A DNA stretch of 64,000 nucleotides from Orbicella franksi (taxonomy: Eukaryota): contig OZ116704.1 of NCBI GenBank assembly GCA_964199315.1, forward strand, positions 29,016,001 through 29,080,000. Reading direction: 5' to 3'. The notes under the pieces were generated by a model that had not been told where the DNA came from, ran no database searches, and saw only the letters and a program-made list of their open reading frames with translations. The position numbers were made by a program, and so were the translations under genes. Shown here piece by piece: positions 37,165 through 51,000 of the stretch (positions are counted from its first letter, which is position 1; each line of letters begins with the position of its first letter).

Positions 37165-39657
37165 TATCCGGTGATTATGTCAAGATTAGACGCAGGTTGT
37201 GATTGGTGAAAGATTTTACGACAATTTCTTACGAATGCTCCTATTGGTTCATTGCGCAGGAGGCAAATAAACAACATGTAAAGGTAAACACAAGATGGCA
37301 AACCGCCGAAGCTCCGCTGAGCTGAGGCTTATATCGTTACTATTAAACAGATCAATTGAAATTACGAAAGGTATTACTAGGAACTAATTGAATAAAATAA
37401 AATTTGGTCAAAAAAAGATGAGCAGTATATTTCTCGTGCCTTCACCAGTTTTTCATTGTGTTTTTAACGCTGCACCACAAAGCATCTAAATCGTCTTTCA
37501 CAATGGACCTCCCGAGGGATTTTTTTAAATGATTGTTTTTTTTCGATAAACGCAATGCCGCGGTAATTTGAGGTGATCTGTTCAGTGACCTTAACGAAGC
37601 GTGTAAAGGGTTGTAAAACGTAAAAATTCGATGGGCTCTCCGATCAGTTCGATTGGCAAGTAGAAAAAGTGGACAAACCATCGGTTGAACACGAAAACGA
37701 TATGTTGTAACTGATTGATCAGTGATTTCTTTCAAATTACTTGAAGTTCATTTCCTAATTTAAAAAAGGGCATGATTCAGATTTTTAACCTTGATGGAAA
37801 CAATCTGTCTTCAAAGGCAAAAAGTGATCAGAAATATCTCCATAACCGCCAACGTATGACCCTTATTAAATCTCGATCATAGACTAGTTTCGTAATGATT
37901 TGGTAAACTTACATGCACTGGGGTTCGCAAATAAAAATACAGACTCACTTCTACTTGTATTTCATAATTTTTTCTGGCTTCGAAAAGAGAAAATAACATT
38001 GATTTTCGAATTTTGACTATTTTTCCGGAATAATTTCTTGACCGGGCGACCTTCCACGAGAGCCTTTCGCGTCAAAAAATCACTCGATCGTTCCACGCGC
38101 TCTAAGGATAAGCGATCTATTTACCTTCAACATCATTGTCGTGCTCTCCGCTTTCGTCGACATGCACAGCCTCGTTCGTTTCCATTATTTTCAAAGATCA
38201 GACAACCGTAATATTTTTCGCGATCAATAGCTGAGTTGTCTCAAAACCTCGGCTGTGGCGCTTTCCTAAAAATATCATATCCTCTCTCTGACCCTCGACC
38301 CTCGATCGCATGTTTGAAAGTTACAATCACCGGAAGTCACGCCAGTCGACACAAGGAACACACATGACATATATCAAAGACTTGTTTTACTTGTAAAAAT
38401 GAACAAAAACGTTTGAAAACAAAATGGAATTAGTTGCTGAATTGGTATATACATTTTTAACAACCCAAACTCTCATTTTTGTCGAGAAACTTCATCGATA
38501 AGCTTCGATGGTCATTACCAATTTATGTTGCTAAAAATAGCAGGAAAACACAAACATGAATGTTTTTTACGTGAGACAATTTTTCGAGGACGTGAAACAG
38601 TGACCGAAAATCCGTCAGGGCTCGTATGACCGTTGGAATAGTCCAAGAGAACCTAAACAGCTTCTAATAGAAACATCTACAATTTGTTTTTTATTATTTC
38701 TTATTATGAACGCAGGAGGGTAACTGGATCAATGTTCGGAATGTTGAAAGCGTTTAACTGAACCGCCCATAGTTTTCCTGTCTTCTTGCCGCAGTGCTGT
38801 CAACTCACGGTATTCGTAATTCGGTTGTAACCGAAAGACAAAACTTCTAGAAAAGCGCTTAGAAAATAGTGGTGCGACTAATTTTAAGCGCTTTTCACTC
38901 GGTGAAGAATCCAAGCTGATCTACGGGCTTTGAAAACTTCGTTATTTGTTCATTGTATTTCATGCTCCATTGAGCTCTCCAAGAAGAGTCATTAAAATAA
39001 ATTAAATGAACTAGATTGATAACTGCTCACAGTCAGATTATGCAAAAAAAAAAAAAAAACCCCTCTGAGATCACGCGATCGAGGGAACACCCCCGGGTGT
39101 ACACCCTAGCTTGGCCAGCCAGCTGAGCTACGTCCAGGGGGAGAGGGGGGGGGGGTACTTTGGGACTTTCTTGGCGAGTTTAGAAGATAAATGGAGTTTT
39201 TTTTGTTGTACCTGGATATTTTACTAGCATCAGTTTTCTGATTATAGCACTATCCTGGGACTGCACAGGATGGGGAGGAGTTGGGGGCTGAAGCCTTCCC
39301 ATTTAACACTTTAAAATGGTAAAAAGTTATCTGAGCAGGTTATCTGACTTTTTTTAGCCAGCTGGGACGGTGGTGCTGGAATCTCCGTCATCAGCTGAAT
39401 TTTCTTGCGACTTGTCAGTTATCATGTTACAATGTTGCAGCAAACAATGCAATGGTGACCACTGCATTGGTTGTTGCGATATTGTAACAGACTGAGAAGA
39501 GAGAAGATCATGACAGCTGATATGCCTAATGTAGCTGAGAAAATTAAATTATTTTAGCCAAACCAGTCTGCTCGCCACAAAGCAGGCTGGATTTCCTGTG
39601 GTACAAAAGTGTCTCTCCCCAGTCCATGCCGTCTCGGTCATTGTTTGTTATACCAAT

Positions 39658-42600
39658 ATGGCGTTTGTTAGAGAGACCTCGTTTTGGCTGCATGGGATGA
39701 TTTTGTTTGTGTTTCTGGTCCGAAACTGCAGTTTAAATCTCATTGTCAACATCAAAGCTAAAGATGGTGAGATAGTGCAGCAGAATTTTTTCGCAGATCC
39801 CGAGAAAGACTACGTTACTATCGATTTCAAGAATAACCAAGGTCGCTTCGTAACAGTTTACATCGACTTCCGTTTGGTGAGTTTCCTTTTACGATGGCTG
39901 TTTGGACTATTACGATCAGTCTTTTAATGAGTTAAAGAAAAACATTATTTTCAAAGTCGTCATACTCTATCTGAAGAAAAGTTAAATTGAAAACGACACA
40001 TAGGCTTTGGTAATCTGATCCATAAAGGAAGCTGACTGTTTCCTTCAGCATTCAAACTTGTGCTTAAATATGTCCTCCGTCTGTTACCTTTTTCCTTTAC
40101 CGTTGTTTATCTCAGCGTAAGTATTGCAAATTGACTCTTAAATCATTTTCGATAGTTTAGACGTTTTGCTGTGAATTCCCGTCAAAACAGAGATTTCCAT
40201 AAAGATGAAAAGTTTGTCACTGTTAATTTCCATAGACACGAAAAGTTTGTCACTGTTAGCAAGGGTAGCTGGAGCCAGTTGTGCGCACCCAAGCGAGTTC
40301 GCACCCACATCGATTCAACTAGCGATCAAGTGCTTAAAATTTATCTTTCTCTTACCGAACAAAACAGACAACATAGTGAAACAAAATCACACAAAAAGTG
40401 TTTAATTCTCTTTTTTTAATCCATTGAAGGTGAAGACGAACTCGAAATAGAAAGTTTATAATGAGTTTAGGGGTGCAAACTCGGGGGTAAGAACTTGATT
40501 GGGAGCGAAACAGGTAACACTCTCAGCAAACATTCACAAATAAGTTAAAATGTAAAATAGGACATCTTTTCAAAAAATCCCATCCAACTATATCGCTCTT
40601 TAAAACATCTCACCTGTATTGTATTGTACTTGTGTCAAGACTCTTGGAATCCTCATTTTAGCTTTTATGAAATGTTGCTGGTTGATAAATAATCTTGGTA
40701 ATTCCCTGGAAAATCAAGCTTTCATTTTATTCTTTCAGAAACGAAAGATATTCCAAGTGATTGTCCTGGGAGAAATGGATAGAGCAGAAAGTTCATACGA
40801 AGCAATGTGTTTTGTAACAGAACTTGAAGAAGAGGAGTTCATATCATCAGATGCCATGTCAAAACTTAGACAAGTCAGTTTCTTGAATCACACTCGTAAA
40901 CGACACTTACCGTAAATCCTCAGATTAGCACCTGAGGCACTTATTTCAAATTTAGGAAAAGACGGGTTGTGCTTTTTTGAAGGAGGTGCTTAATCAAGGG
41001 GGGAGGGGGGTGCTTATTTAATTTTACCCAAATTGTGGTCAGATATGATGGGACTTTTTGTAATATAATAATGTATGTGTCAGTGCCTCAGAAGTCTCAG
41101 AAGTATCCTGTCTCTGTCAAGGAACTATGTAATATAACCCCTTTAGCCAGTCTGGTCTTTAGGCAATGAATCAGCAGATCTTCACAACCATCTGTTATGA
41201 TGGTCAATGTGCAGTGCTTGAATGAGTCAATGATAACTTGCTTGTGATTGAACACGACCAAAACTATACATCCTTTGTTGGCTCGGTACTATTCCATACA
41301 ACAGGGGGAGGGAAGGGGAGACTAAATCAAGGGGAGTTGTATATTTTAGATTTTGGCTGATAAGAGGGATGCTTATTCGAAGGGGTGCTTATTTGAGGGG
41401 AGGTGCAAATTCAAGGATTTATGGTAAGTCTGAAAATAAGCCCTGCACTGACATTATTTTGTTAACCTAAATTTGGACACATCAAAGAGCTCTCTGCTTG
41501 ATTGTACCAAATTTTATAATATTTCCCTTTTGAGTCACAATTTCTTCCCAGATCTCTTTTTTTACTGACCCCTGGAGTAGTGTGGACAAACTTGGGTGGT
41601 GGGGTGGAGGGTTGGGGAGGGGTGGTCATTGGGGGATGAAGGTAAACCTAGAATGGGACTATGTACCAATAAACCAAAACAAATTATGATAAAGCTGACA
41701 CAAAATAGAATGGGAGAGTTTGATCTGACAGGGTGAAAGTTGCTCTTAGGGTGTCCCTGTTACAAGGTACACAACAAGACACAACAATCCCCTTAGCCTT
41801 TAACAAAATAACCGAGGTAGTTACCTTAACAAACAAAAATGGAGGTTCCTCTGAGGGAACATTTTTGAGTATTTGCTCAACATGCACATATGGCCCAAAG
41901 TGTGAAAAGTAGTACCGGTACCTGGGCTTTGGCAAGGGTCCTCTGGTTGGGGGGGGAGGGGGGAGGGGAGAGGTTACTCCCCAAAGTTTTTGGTGGGGAT
42001 GCAGCCTAAACTTTGAAACCTGTACCCTCTTTCAGACCAAAATCCGTGAAATTCCATATCCTATTTCAGACTTCAGCGAAAAATTGATACCCCATTTCAG
42101 ACCTCTAAAATGACTACATGCCTCAAATATGACCACAGCTAACTAGAATTGGCTCACATTGGGGTCACACACACCTATATAACTCAAATAAGGAAGTACC
42201 CCCCCTCCCGCGAGGCAAGGGTCCTCTGCTATCTTCTGCTCATCACTCAGCTGTTTCAAAGGTGAGGCCATGTTTTTCAAATTCTTTGTCCATTGCCCTT
42301 TACCAGGTTGATGTAGTTCCTTTTGATGTAAAAAGATCAGCCAATGCCCCCAGGAAACTATAAACCCCCGTGATAGCTGTTATTGAAGTTATCAGTGATT
42401 TGACATACAAACCAGACGAAAGGGTCAATTTTTGCTTTGTATTGACACGTTCCCCTTGTTTGTATACCTATTTAAACAAAAGAATATTTGACTGCAGGCT
42501 CAACTGCAATAACAGCTATTGCATATCGTATGTCCCATAAATCAATCCTCTGCTCCCCTTCTTCATTGTATGTAATGAAGGATGAGTAGTAATTCATTGA

Positions 42601-43735
42601 GTTTTTAAATTTGTAGAAAAATCCCAGCACAATCCGAGTTCCTGAAGAAGACATTGGAAGTGAATCTTACAACATGGATCATGCAGTTATCTTGAATTCA
42701 ACAAGTGCAACAGATAACAGCATTAATTACTTGTGTAAAGATGCTGGCAAAGTGCTGTTTAAAGGAGACAATCCCAAACTCCTCTTGTCAGGTGGGTACA
42801 ATGCAGATTTGTGAAGTGCATGCTTCCATGGCTGACCCCAGATTCCGTAGCTTGAAGTTACTTGAGATGTTGACTGTTGAGTAGTGGAAAGCACCTGTGA
42901 AAATTTGTCTTGGCCAAGAACATGACACACAATTGCCCCAGATGCATGAGGGGAGTGTGAGCATTCTAGAGTTACCCCACAAGTTCACAAATGCCTATGG
43001 ATTGGTTGAATTCAATGAAGTCCAAAGTTTATTTTCTCATCCAAGAACCTGAAACAATGACCATGGTCAGGGGAGGGGTCTTGTTTTCCATGTTCCTATT
43101 GAATTATAGTTCAACACAAGTAAAACTTCAGAAAACTGAAAACTGGTGTGGGAACATGAGCTTCAGCCACAAGGTTTTCAAGTTCTCCAAAGTTTCATAA
43201 GTATTTAGACTATAACTATAATTATAGAAACAGGGAAATTGTTTTCATCATTCTTTTAGGAATTGCTGCAAGAAAAAGAAACAAATTTGTTTTGTTTTTG
43301 TCACCAGTATAAATTAACAGCTCAAAGAACACTGGTGGTGTTTTTTGTTGAGTCATATAGTATGTCTTTTAGCATGTACTTTCTTACCGAATATATTGTT
43401 TACATCAAAACATAATAATGTCTCACCTTTTTTCCCTAACAGAAAATTCAACACGTGAAGATCTTGAGAAAGTTGAGTTGGAATCACAGGATCAGTCAAG
43501 TTTTACAAAGTTGCTAAAACGTTGCAAGGACACATCTGAACTCAGTGCTGAGTGCATTTGCAGAGTTGAAGTTTGTATTAGTTGGTATCCTTGCCACTTG
43601 AAGTTCTGCCAAGGACAAGATGACAATGGACAACCAACAGAGTACCGCTGTGGAATCAAAACTTGTGGAAAATGTCATGACTTTGACTTTAATGTTGCAG
43701 AGAGGCAGCATTGCTTTTGGGATATGGATTCATAA
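39658..43735 (+). CDS. OAF: Out-at-first (OAF) homolog, ~273 aa, exons 39658-39876, 40739-40873, 42617-42791, 43443-43735
   Basis: Hydrophobic N-terminus; KIFQVIVLGEMDRAESSYEAMCFVT...DAMSKLRQ|KNPSTIR; Cys-rich end CICRVEVCISWYPCHLKFC...CGIKTCGKC..F..AERQHCFWD, matching recalled OAF motifs. Phases 0,0,1 close. Confidence 0.92.
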
Positions 43736-43741
43736 TCTGAT

Positions 43742-43900
43742 CCTGTAAATGTAATTTTCTGTAATTGTAAATGTAATTTGTTTACCCACGGAGCACCAAG
43801 GAGTTCACAGAACTTGTTCAGAAATGTCCGTGCATTCAAGGATCGAATTGGAATTTGAGAAATGTTGGTTTTTGAGGAGAGGGGAAAACCGGAGTACCTG

Positions 43901-43944
<44 letters not shown>

Positions 43945-44034
43945 AACCCACATATGATGCCAGGTCCGTGAATTGAACCCGGGACACATTGGTGGGAGGT
44001 GAGCGCTCTCGCCACTGCGCCATCCCTGCTCCCC
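43742..44034 (-). mobile_element. tRNA-derived SINE just downstream of the OAF stop codon
   Basis: Minus-strand head gggagcagggatggcgcagtggcgagagcgctcacctcccaccaatgtgtcccgggttcaattcac (A/B boxes); (TTACA)n-like tail at 43742-43780. Confidence 0.85.
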
Positions 44035-46202
44035 AGAAAGGATTCATGGTAAACCTCATTTATGACAGTCATTTGACTTAAATATGGAGTCTTTGGGAAC
44101 CACAGACATTGTCTACCATTGGGATGGTTAATTTAAAAGATATTGTATTCACCTTCACTTAGGGCATACTCTCCAGCTCTTAAGTTTATTGTCAATGTGA
44201 GTTGTACCAAAGTGTTAATGCCTAAATTTTGGCCTGGTATTCAACCTGGGCACAAGCTTCAAGATTTGGTCATATTAACTCATTGTCTCTGATCCACCTC
44301 GGGCGGGATTTTAATGGCCAAGTACACGAGGTGAGGAAGAGCTAATAAGAAAGAGCAATGAAGATTGAATGGGTGATAACATCGATTCAGTTACAAGCAG
44401 GGAGGCTGCTGTTAGCTGTTAATACCCTAAGTAAGGAAAGCAGGAATATTGTATGTTAGAATGAGTAAGTTGTACCTGGGGACAGAGCTAATAAAAATAG
44501 AGAGGCTTGTCCAGTCCTGGCCCTTTCTCTCTCACACAAAGCTATGCTCTTGGGATAGAAGCCTCTCTCCTGAGAGCGTAGTGTTGCTTGACAGAGAAGG
44601 CCAGAACTAGACTGTAAAGAGGCATGCTCCCACAGAAACAGAAAGATTTAATGATGATGAATTTTTTGGCATGATTAACACAAATATGTCATGAAAGTGC
44701 TTGGGGCAAAATACAAATAGGTCTTCATTGCTGGTTAATTATAAACAAGCTTTCAAAATACTCCCAAAACAGCAGCCATACTAAACTGTTGCCTGTGTGC
44801 AGGCTTAGAATGTACCCAAACCTGTACCACATAGAGGTGATAGCTTGAAAAATGTAAGGAAATTTTGCGCAAGGTACATGTATGTTTCATATGAGAGGGC
44901 AGATGCCTCCGTGTTTGGCGATGATTATTTTTTTCCGGGCATCCGAGACTTGAGTATACATAACATATTGATAAGAAGCACTAATAAGTAAATTATGGTT
45001 GATAGTTGGGATTCAAGGAGTTTAATATTATGTATAAACATCAGTTTGTAATATTTATTCATTTTTTAATGAACATTTCGTACTGGTTAAAAAATATTAA
45101 TATTAAAAAAGATACATATGCACATAGATACAACTTTATGTATTGTCTATGAGCCAGAAAAAAATAAAGGTTTTTTTTTGTTCAGTTGGTTAATAAACCT
45201 TTGGTCTATGAATTTCTCATACAAATGACTTGGTTAGAAAGTATTTTGCTCAAACAAACAACAACTTTCAAAGCGTCAGCTTTTTCTAAGTCCTAAATTT
45301 GCCATGGTACCCTCAAAAGGAAAATCACTCATTTATTTTAATTATCAAAAAGTAAATTCTCTTTGCTTGTGCAATCATTACATCAGCAGCTCCCACTCAT
45401 TCTGTGCTTTATCTAGTTTTACAGGTAAGGCTTTTAACAGTGCTAGGTCTCTTTTAAGGTGCTTTCTAATCTTCATTGTTTAAAGGGGTTCTGCCACAGT
45501 ATTTTAAGTTATCTTGTCCTTGCACAAAATTACCTTAAAATTGAAGGAAACCTGAAAATAATTTACTTCGATAGAAAAACACCAAAAAGATTATAAAAAA
45601 AATAGAGGATCAATGATTGAGAGGATTGACATGGATTACAAACGACAAACTTGACAAATTTAGGCTGAACTTTTAAAGATGTGCAAACTGTGACGTAACC
45701 CCTTTGAGAACAAAAGAATACAGGCACACTGCAGTCTTGCAAAACAGCCATTTAATTACATCCAATGCTTTTCTTCACACAATAAATATCTACATCTTTG
45801 TGAAATGTGCATTCTAATTTTCAAAATAAATGTCTACAAATTTACAATACGCCAGAAAATAACAGACACAAATAAGTTACAACATACCTAACAAATCTAC
45901 CTATGGATAAGCACTAATTAACAGAAAGTGACAATTCTAACAAAAGCTTTTAGAGTTGCACTGTCTGCCAATGAAACTTATTTAACCATCCTCAATCTCA
46001 CCACAAAAAAAAAAAAGATTCTCTTAGAATTCCTTGAAAAATTACCCAAAAATATCTTTTACTTGTAACTTATCACAAAACCTATGATTGAAATGCTGGG
46101 GCATTAAACCGCCTTTTTGCTGATTTTAAACCCATTGCCCAATACCCATTTTTTTTCTAGTTTGAACTTTTGGAAAATATAAGAAAAAAAGTAGAGACAA
46201 CC

Positions 46203-46431
46203 CATTCTTGTCCCCAGAGGCCACGCTCCTTTTGGTCAGCAGCAAGAATTGCGACCTGACTGGGCCCACACCAGAAGTCCGCGATGCAAGGACTTCCCAT
46301 CAAATTGACAAATCTGATTGGCTTAGAATACAGGACGAATGCTCCACACATGGTCAAAAAATTGGGTCAGGCCAGAGGTTGTGATTCTAGGTGCTGAACA
46401 AAAGGAGCACAGCCTCTGGGGACAAGAATTG
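46203..46431. mobile_element. hAT-like MITE with an intact 8-bp target site duplication
   Basis: TIR cattcttgtccccagaggc / gcctctggggacaagaattg; AGACAACC duplicated at 46195-46202 and 46432-46439. Confidence 0.85.
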
Positions 46432-47197
46432 AGACAACCCAAAGTCAACCTATGGTAGTTTTGACTCCCAGCCCTTCAATCATGGAAATTGACAGCAATT
46501 TGCATTATTCCCAAAACAAGTCTTGTTAGAGCAGACACTTTGCAACCTCTTATATTACAAAGCTTTATTAAAATAATTAAATGTAAGTATAAATAATAAA
46601 TATAACAACTAAAGTGACAATGATGGTGAATGAAATTTAAGTGCTATTGTCTCAATACACATAAAGATAATTTATAAGCTCTCTGAATCACTGACTTGCT
46701 GTTCAACTCATAGATGTAGCTCGCTATTGCTCATCGTTTGTGATTCAAAGTTCCATCTTGAATAATCTTGGCTAGAACTAAACCAATGTTTGAATAGCAT
46801 AGAAAAACCTGGAATGGGCAGAGGATAAAAAGCCGATAACAAGCCCCAAAAGTCACCATAGAACTAATCACAAACTAACCTTAACCTGTGTTGGGTGTTC
46901 TTGCATTCCAAATATTCAGAGATTTATTAAAATAATGGCAACAATCTTGGGTATGACATTTTAATTTGATGACTAATTTTAGGTGCATTCAAGATGATGC
47001 AAAAACACTCAAATTTCAGTTCCACTCTGTACGCTTCTATGTTTTTTTGTCTTCATTCAAGGATCCTAGGTCAATGGTATGGCACCTGTACTCAAAAATT
47101 TCTCAATACAACTCTTGAAAAGACTTGAAATAAAAATATATATATCACATATTTTGCACCCTCTCTGACATGATGTATGCTGTTATTTACATGTACA

Positions 47198-47199
<2 letters not shown>

Positions 47200-47240
<41 letters not shown>

Positions 47241-47241
47241 T
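47200..47241. repeat. (AAT)n microsatellite
   Basis: Run of taataataa... Confidence 0.95.
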
Positions 47242-48098
47242 ATCATTTCTTCTATTTAGCAACTTATAATACATTCTATGCTTGTCACTGGACAAGCTGT
47301 TCATCCCAATAAATGCACATTTTATGTTCTTGGGCCACAACACAATAAAACATTTATTTACTTTGTTTAATAGACACATGACTGTTTTCGCCATGTCTGG
47401 AGGTTCTGTACCAAATGAATGTAGGTCCTTGTAATTATTCAACTTCACTCGTTTATCACGTCCACAAATACTAGATGATATTGGTAAACATGTAATAAGT
47501 TATTTTGTTGGGTTGACTAGTTAGTTTCCATGGAAACCAAAAGTGTCCACAGCTCTTAAGTATAAGTCACACTTTTCAGGGACTGAACCCAGCTGGTTGA
47601 TAAATCTCTTATTCAATAGACAGGTGTGTAGTATGGCTGTCTATTCTCGTCTCCTTATTTGTGTGTTGTCTCTCAAAATACTGCACAACCCATAAAAATA
47701 TACCAAAATATTACACATTTGATTGTCTAATAAGGCGATAATCAAGAGGCAATCCTTTTTCCTACTCTTGTTATTATCCTTCTTTCGTAGCGACCTTCAT
47801 GCAAAAAAGTGACCCTTCTTGGGGATCTTGTTTGGTGGGTGTGAAAAAGGCCTATTATGGATCACTGGCAGAAAAGGACCCATTTGTGGAGGCTTACTAA
47901 TGGGGAACTCCTACAAAAGTGACCTACCCTCAAGAGACCCATTATGGTACTACATTTTGGAGGACAGGGAAGAAAAAGAACCACTTTCTGGGGCCCATCA
48001 CTTATCAGGGACCCTAACAGCAGGTCTCTTTTGGAAAGTGTTGAGCATTTGTAATTCAATAATAACTTATTCTAGTTTTTTCTATGGCATTCATTGTG

Positions 48099-51000
48099 TC
48101 AGGCCATTTGTTCTTGATAAGAAAGAACTTTTTGTCCTGAATCATCTTCCACCCACGCTACAATCTTTCCTTCCCAGCCAGGCACAATGTCACCATCATC
48201 AATAACCTGTCAAACAAAAACAAAACTTTGGTCAGGTACTTAAGGTAAACTCTAAGAATAAGTCTTTGGTACTGACTCTTTCCCCTATTCTGTAACATGA
48301 AGCACCCAGGCATAATTTTTTTCCCCAGGGTGGGATCCAAGACCATCACAATGTACACCCTAAAATTTCATTGGGTTGCATTTAACAGTTGTACCAGTGT
48401 ATCCCTTCTGGGTGGATAGATGTACATGTATAGTGAGATTTTGGTGTCTTGCCCAAAATCACAGCACAAAGTCCCTGGCCAGGATTCAAATGCGGCCTCT
48501 TTATCTGGACTCCCATGGGCTAACTAATAGCTATGTACCTCTTCTTTAACTGTTCCAAACTCAGGATCTAATGCTTTGAAGTGGTAGCGATATAATCCAG
48601 GTCTGTCAATTGCTTCTTTGAAGTCTCCTAAAGTTATTTCTCCTAATCTGCAAACCACAAATAATACAGTAAGCTGATGAGAAAATCGTCCATTGCAAAT
48701 AATATCACAATTATTTATAATATGGGGAGAAGTCTGATGGCACAGAGAATTTGATACCTATGCACAACAATTAAAATTTTCATTTCTTGAGACTGAAATT
48801 TTCTTCAGCTGACCTGTTACTGTATCACTAAATGTTTGGAGATTTAAATTGTCCACCTCTCACGATAATGAAAAAAGGTTTGTCCTTGCTAACTTATTTC
48901 ACATTAATTTGTTTCTGATGGCCATTTTGCTATGTCAAATGGACCCTCTACTTTCCTTGGATTTTGATAAGTTAAATCAAACAAAATGTATTGAAATCAT
49001 CAAAAATAGCGTTTAATAATACCTTCTCGGAATTGATGTAAGGAAAGGAGTGACTGTCTTCTCTGTAAAATAAAGTACTTTGGTGCTAATTACATGAGTG
49101 TCTTTAGCATTACCATCTGGAAAACGAAAACAGAAAAAAAAAAGTTGACATACATTTAGAAAGTAAATTCAACTAGAGTTGCCTAAGAGATGGTTAGAAG
49201 CACAATCTTGAAAATGAGGATAAAATCTCTTAATAGAGCTAAGTCATGGTTTACTCATCTTGAAAAGCTTAGCCTAAAATTTTCAAGTTAGTCCTTTGTA
49301 ATCTGTGTTAATCTTCTCCATCTTTAACCATCTTTGTTCTTTTATGGTTTATTATTATCTCTTTGGTGTTTTTCTATCTTAGTAAACTACTATTTTCAGG
49401 TTTTCTTCAATTCAAGGGTAATTTTGTACATGGCCAAAATACCATGACTGAGCTCCTTTAACCAGAATAAAAAGTACTCAGGTTCAGTTGTACAACTATA
49501 CACAAGTTCACACATAAGCCCACATTTACTGATCACAGGTGATATGCTTACCAAAGCAAGGCAAATTACACTTAATATTTCAATCTTTTGCACTAACTGC
49601 TAACAGTATATTAGGGACCGTTCATTTTTTATGAGGGAGGGGGGGCTGGTGGGATTTGGGAAGCACCATTTAAAAATCACATGACCCCCCCTCAGCTTAC
49701 CAATTTTTTCACGTGGCCCCCCCTTATAGCGGTCATATTTTGGGATGACCCCCCCCCCAAAAAAAAAAATTTGAACAAACAATATTTAGATTTCAACTTT
49801 TTTAATATTTCTCTATTATCCCCCTACTTCACGTTTCGTGCTCACTGTGAAGATAATATTTACAATCCCTGTACTACAGAGAGCTGTTGTTTGAAAAACA
49901 AATCAAAAGAAAGAGAAATCAATTTCGGATCTCCTCGTTATGGCTCGCCCTGAGCGTGTGGCATTTGGCCTCTCATTGGCATCTCCCTCATCTGAATTGA
50001 TGAATGCCCACAGTTTTAATGTAAAACAGATCAAATGTATAGAAGCTAAGTTGAGGAAGGTCACGCAAGACATGGAAGCACTAGAAAATAAGAGCAATTA
50101 TAACAGCGTATTCAAGGGCACACTCAAACAGCACATCAACAAAAGGAGAAGGAAAAAAGAAAGCCGCAGAAAGTCAAATGAAAGAAAGAGGAAGCGGACT
50201 GAAAACAACGTCCAACGAGTTTATGGAATCTGTGTTGGAAACCCGCTAGGAAATGATCTTACACAATGCCTTGTGTACCCTCTTAGAATGGCCGTCCCGG
50301 AAGAGTGTATTAAAGTTGAGGATGTTGCCACGTCGTTATTTAGAAGAGATGGGCCATACATCGCACAGCTCTTGGAAGGGAATTATTTCACCAATGCTGC
50401 AAGAAGCAGAATCATCACCAACCTTGAGCAGGAAGTCAGAGATTATGTTTACACCTTCATGTACCCTGAAGAGTACACTCTGACGGAAAGCATTGCTGCT
50501 TCTTGCAGCATCGGTGAAAGAGACTCCCATAGCAGCACAAGCGGTGACGAAGAACTCGACGACAGCGAAGATGAAGATGAGTGCCAGTGAAAGTTGCATT
50601 CAAAAATAACAGTGTTAAATACTTCTTTTCAGTAGCTACAAATGCTTTTTGTCGCCCAAGGTTTTTTTAAAACAGAAGGAAAGTTTGTAATAAATTTGTA
50701 TCCTGCCTTCTATGTTTATTCTATAGCAATTTTTTTGATATTCAAGCATTATGCCATTTTAAAGTTTTACTAAAATATTTCACGTGACCCCTCCTTTTTC
50801 CCTTATTTTTTTGGGATGGCCCCCCCTCGAAAACCATTTTTTTTCGCATGCCCCCCCCCCCAAATCCCACCAGCCCCCCCTACCTGATAAAAAATGAATG
50901 GTCCCTTATTATGAGCTTTCTTTCTAAGGTTTGTGGGCTAGTAAAGTTGCAATCTTTATCACACACATATATACCTAAATGTCTTTGATGTGGGAGCGAT

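Noticed and set aside
38729-38914. 61-aa TTG-start ORF between AMPD and OAF
   Set aside because: No ATG, no splice support and no recognisable motif.
43960-44034. tRNA gene (also 14340-14417)
   Set aside because: These are tRNA-like heads continuing into SINE bodies and tails; no complete cloverleaf.
48288-48360. Possible alternative last DIXDC1 exon ([24 protein letters not shown])
   Set aside because: It overlaps a degenerate SINE-like repeat; the exon at 48206-48099 gives the canonical [12 protein letters not shown].
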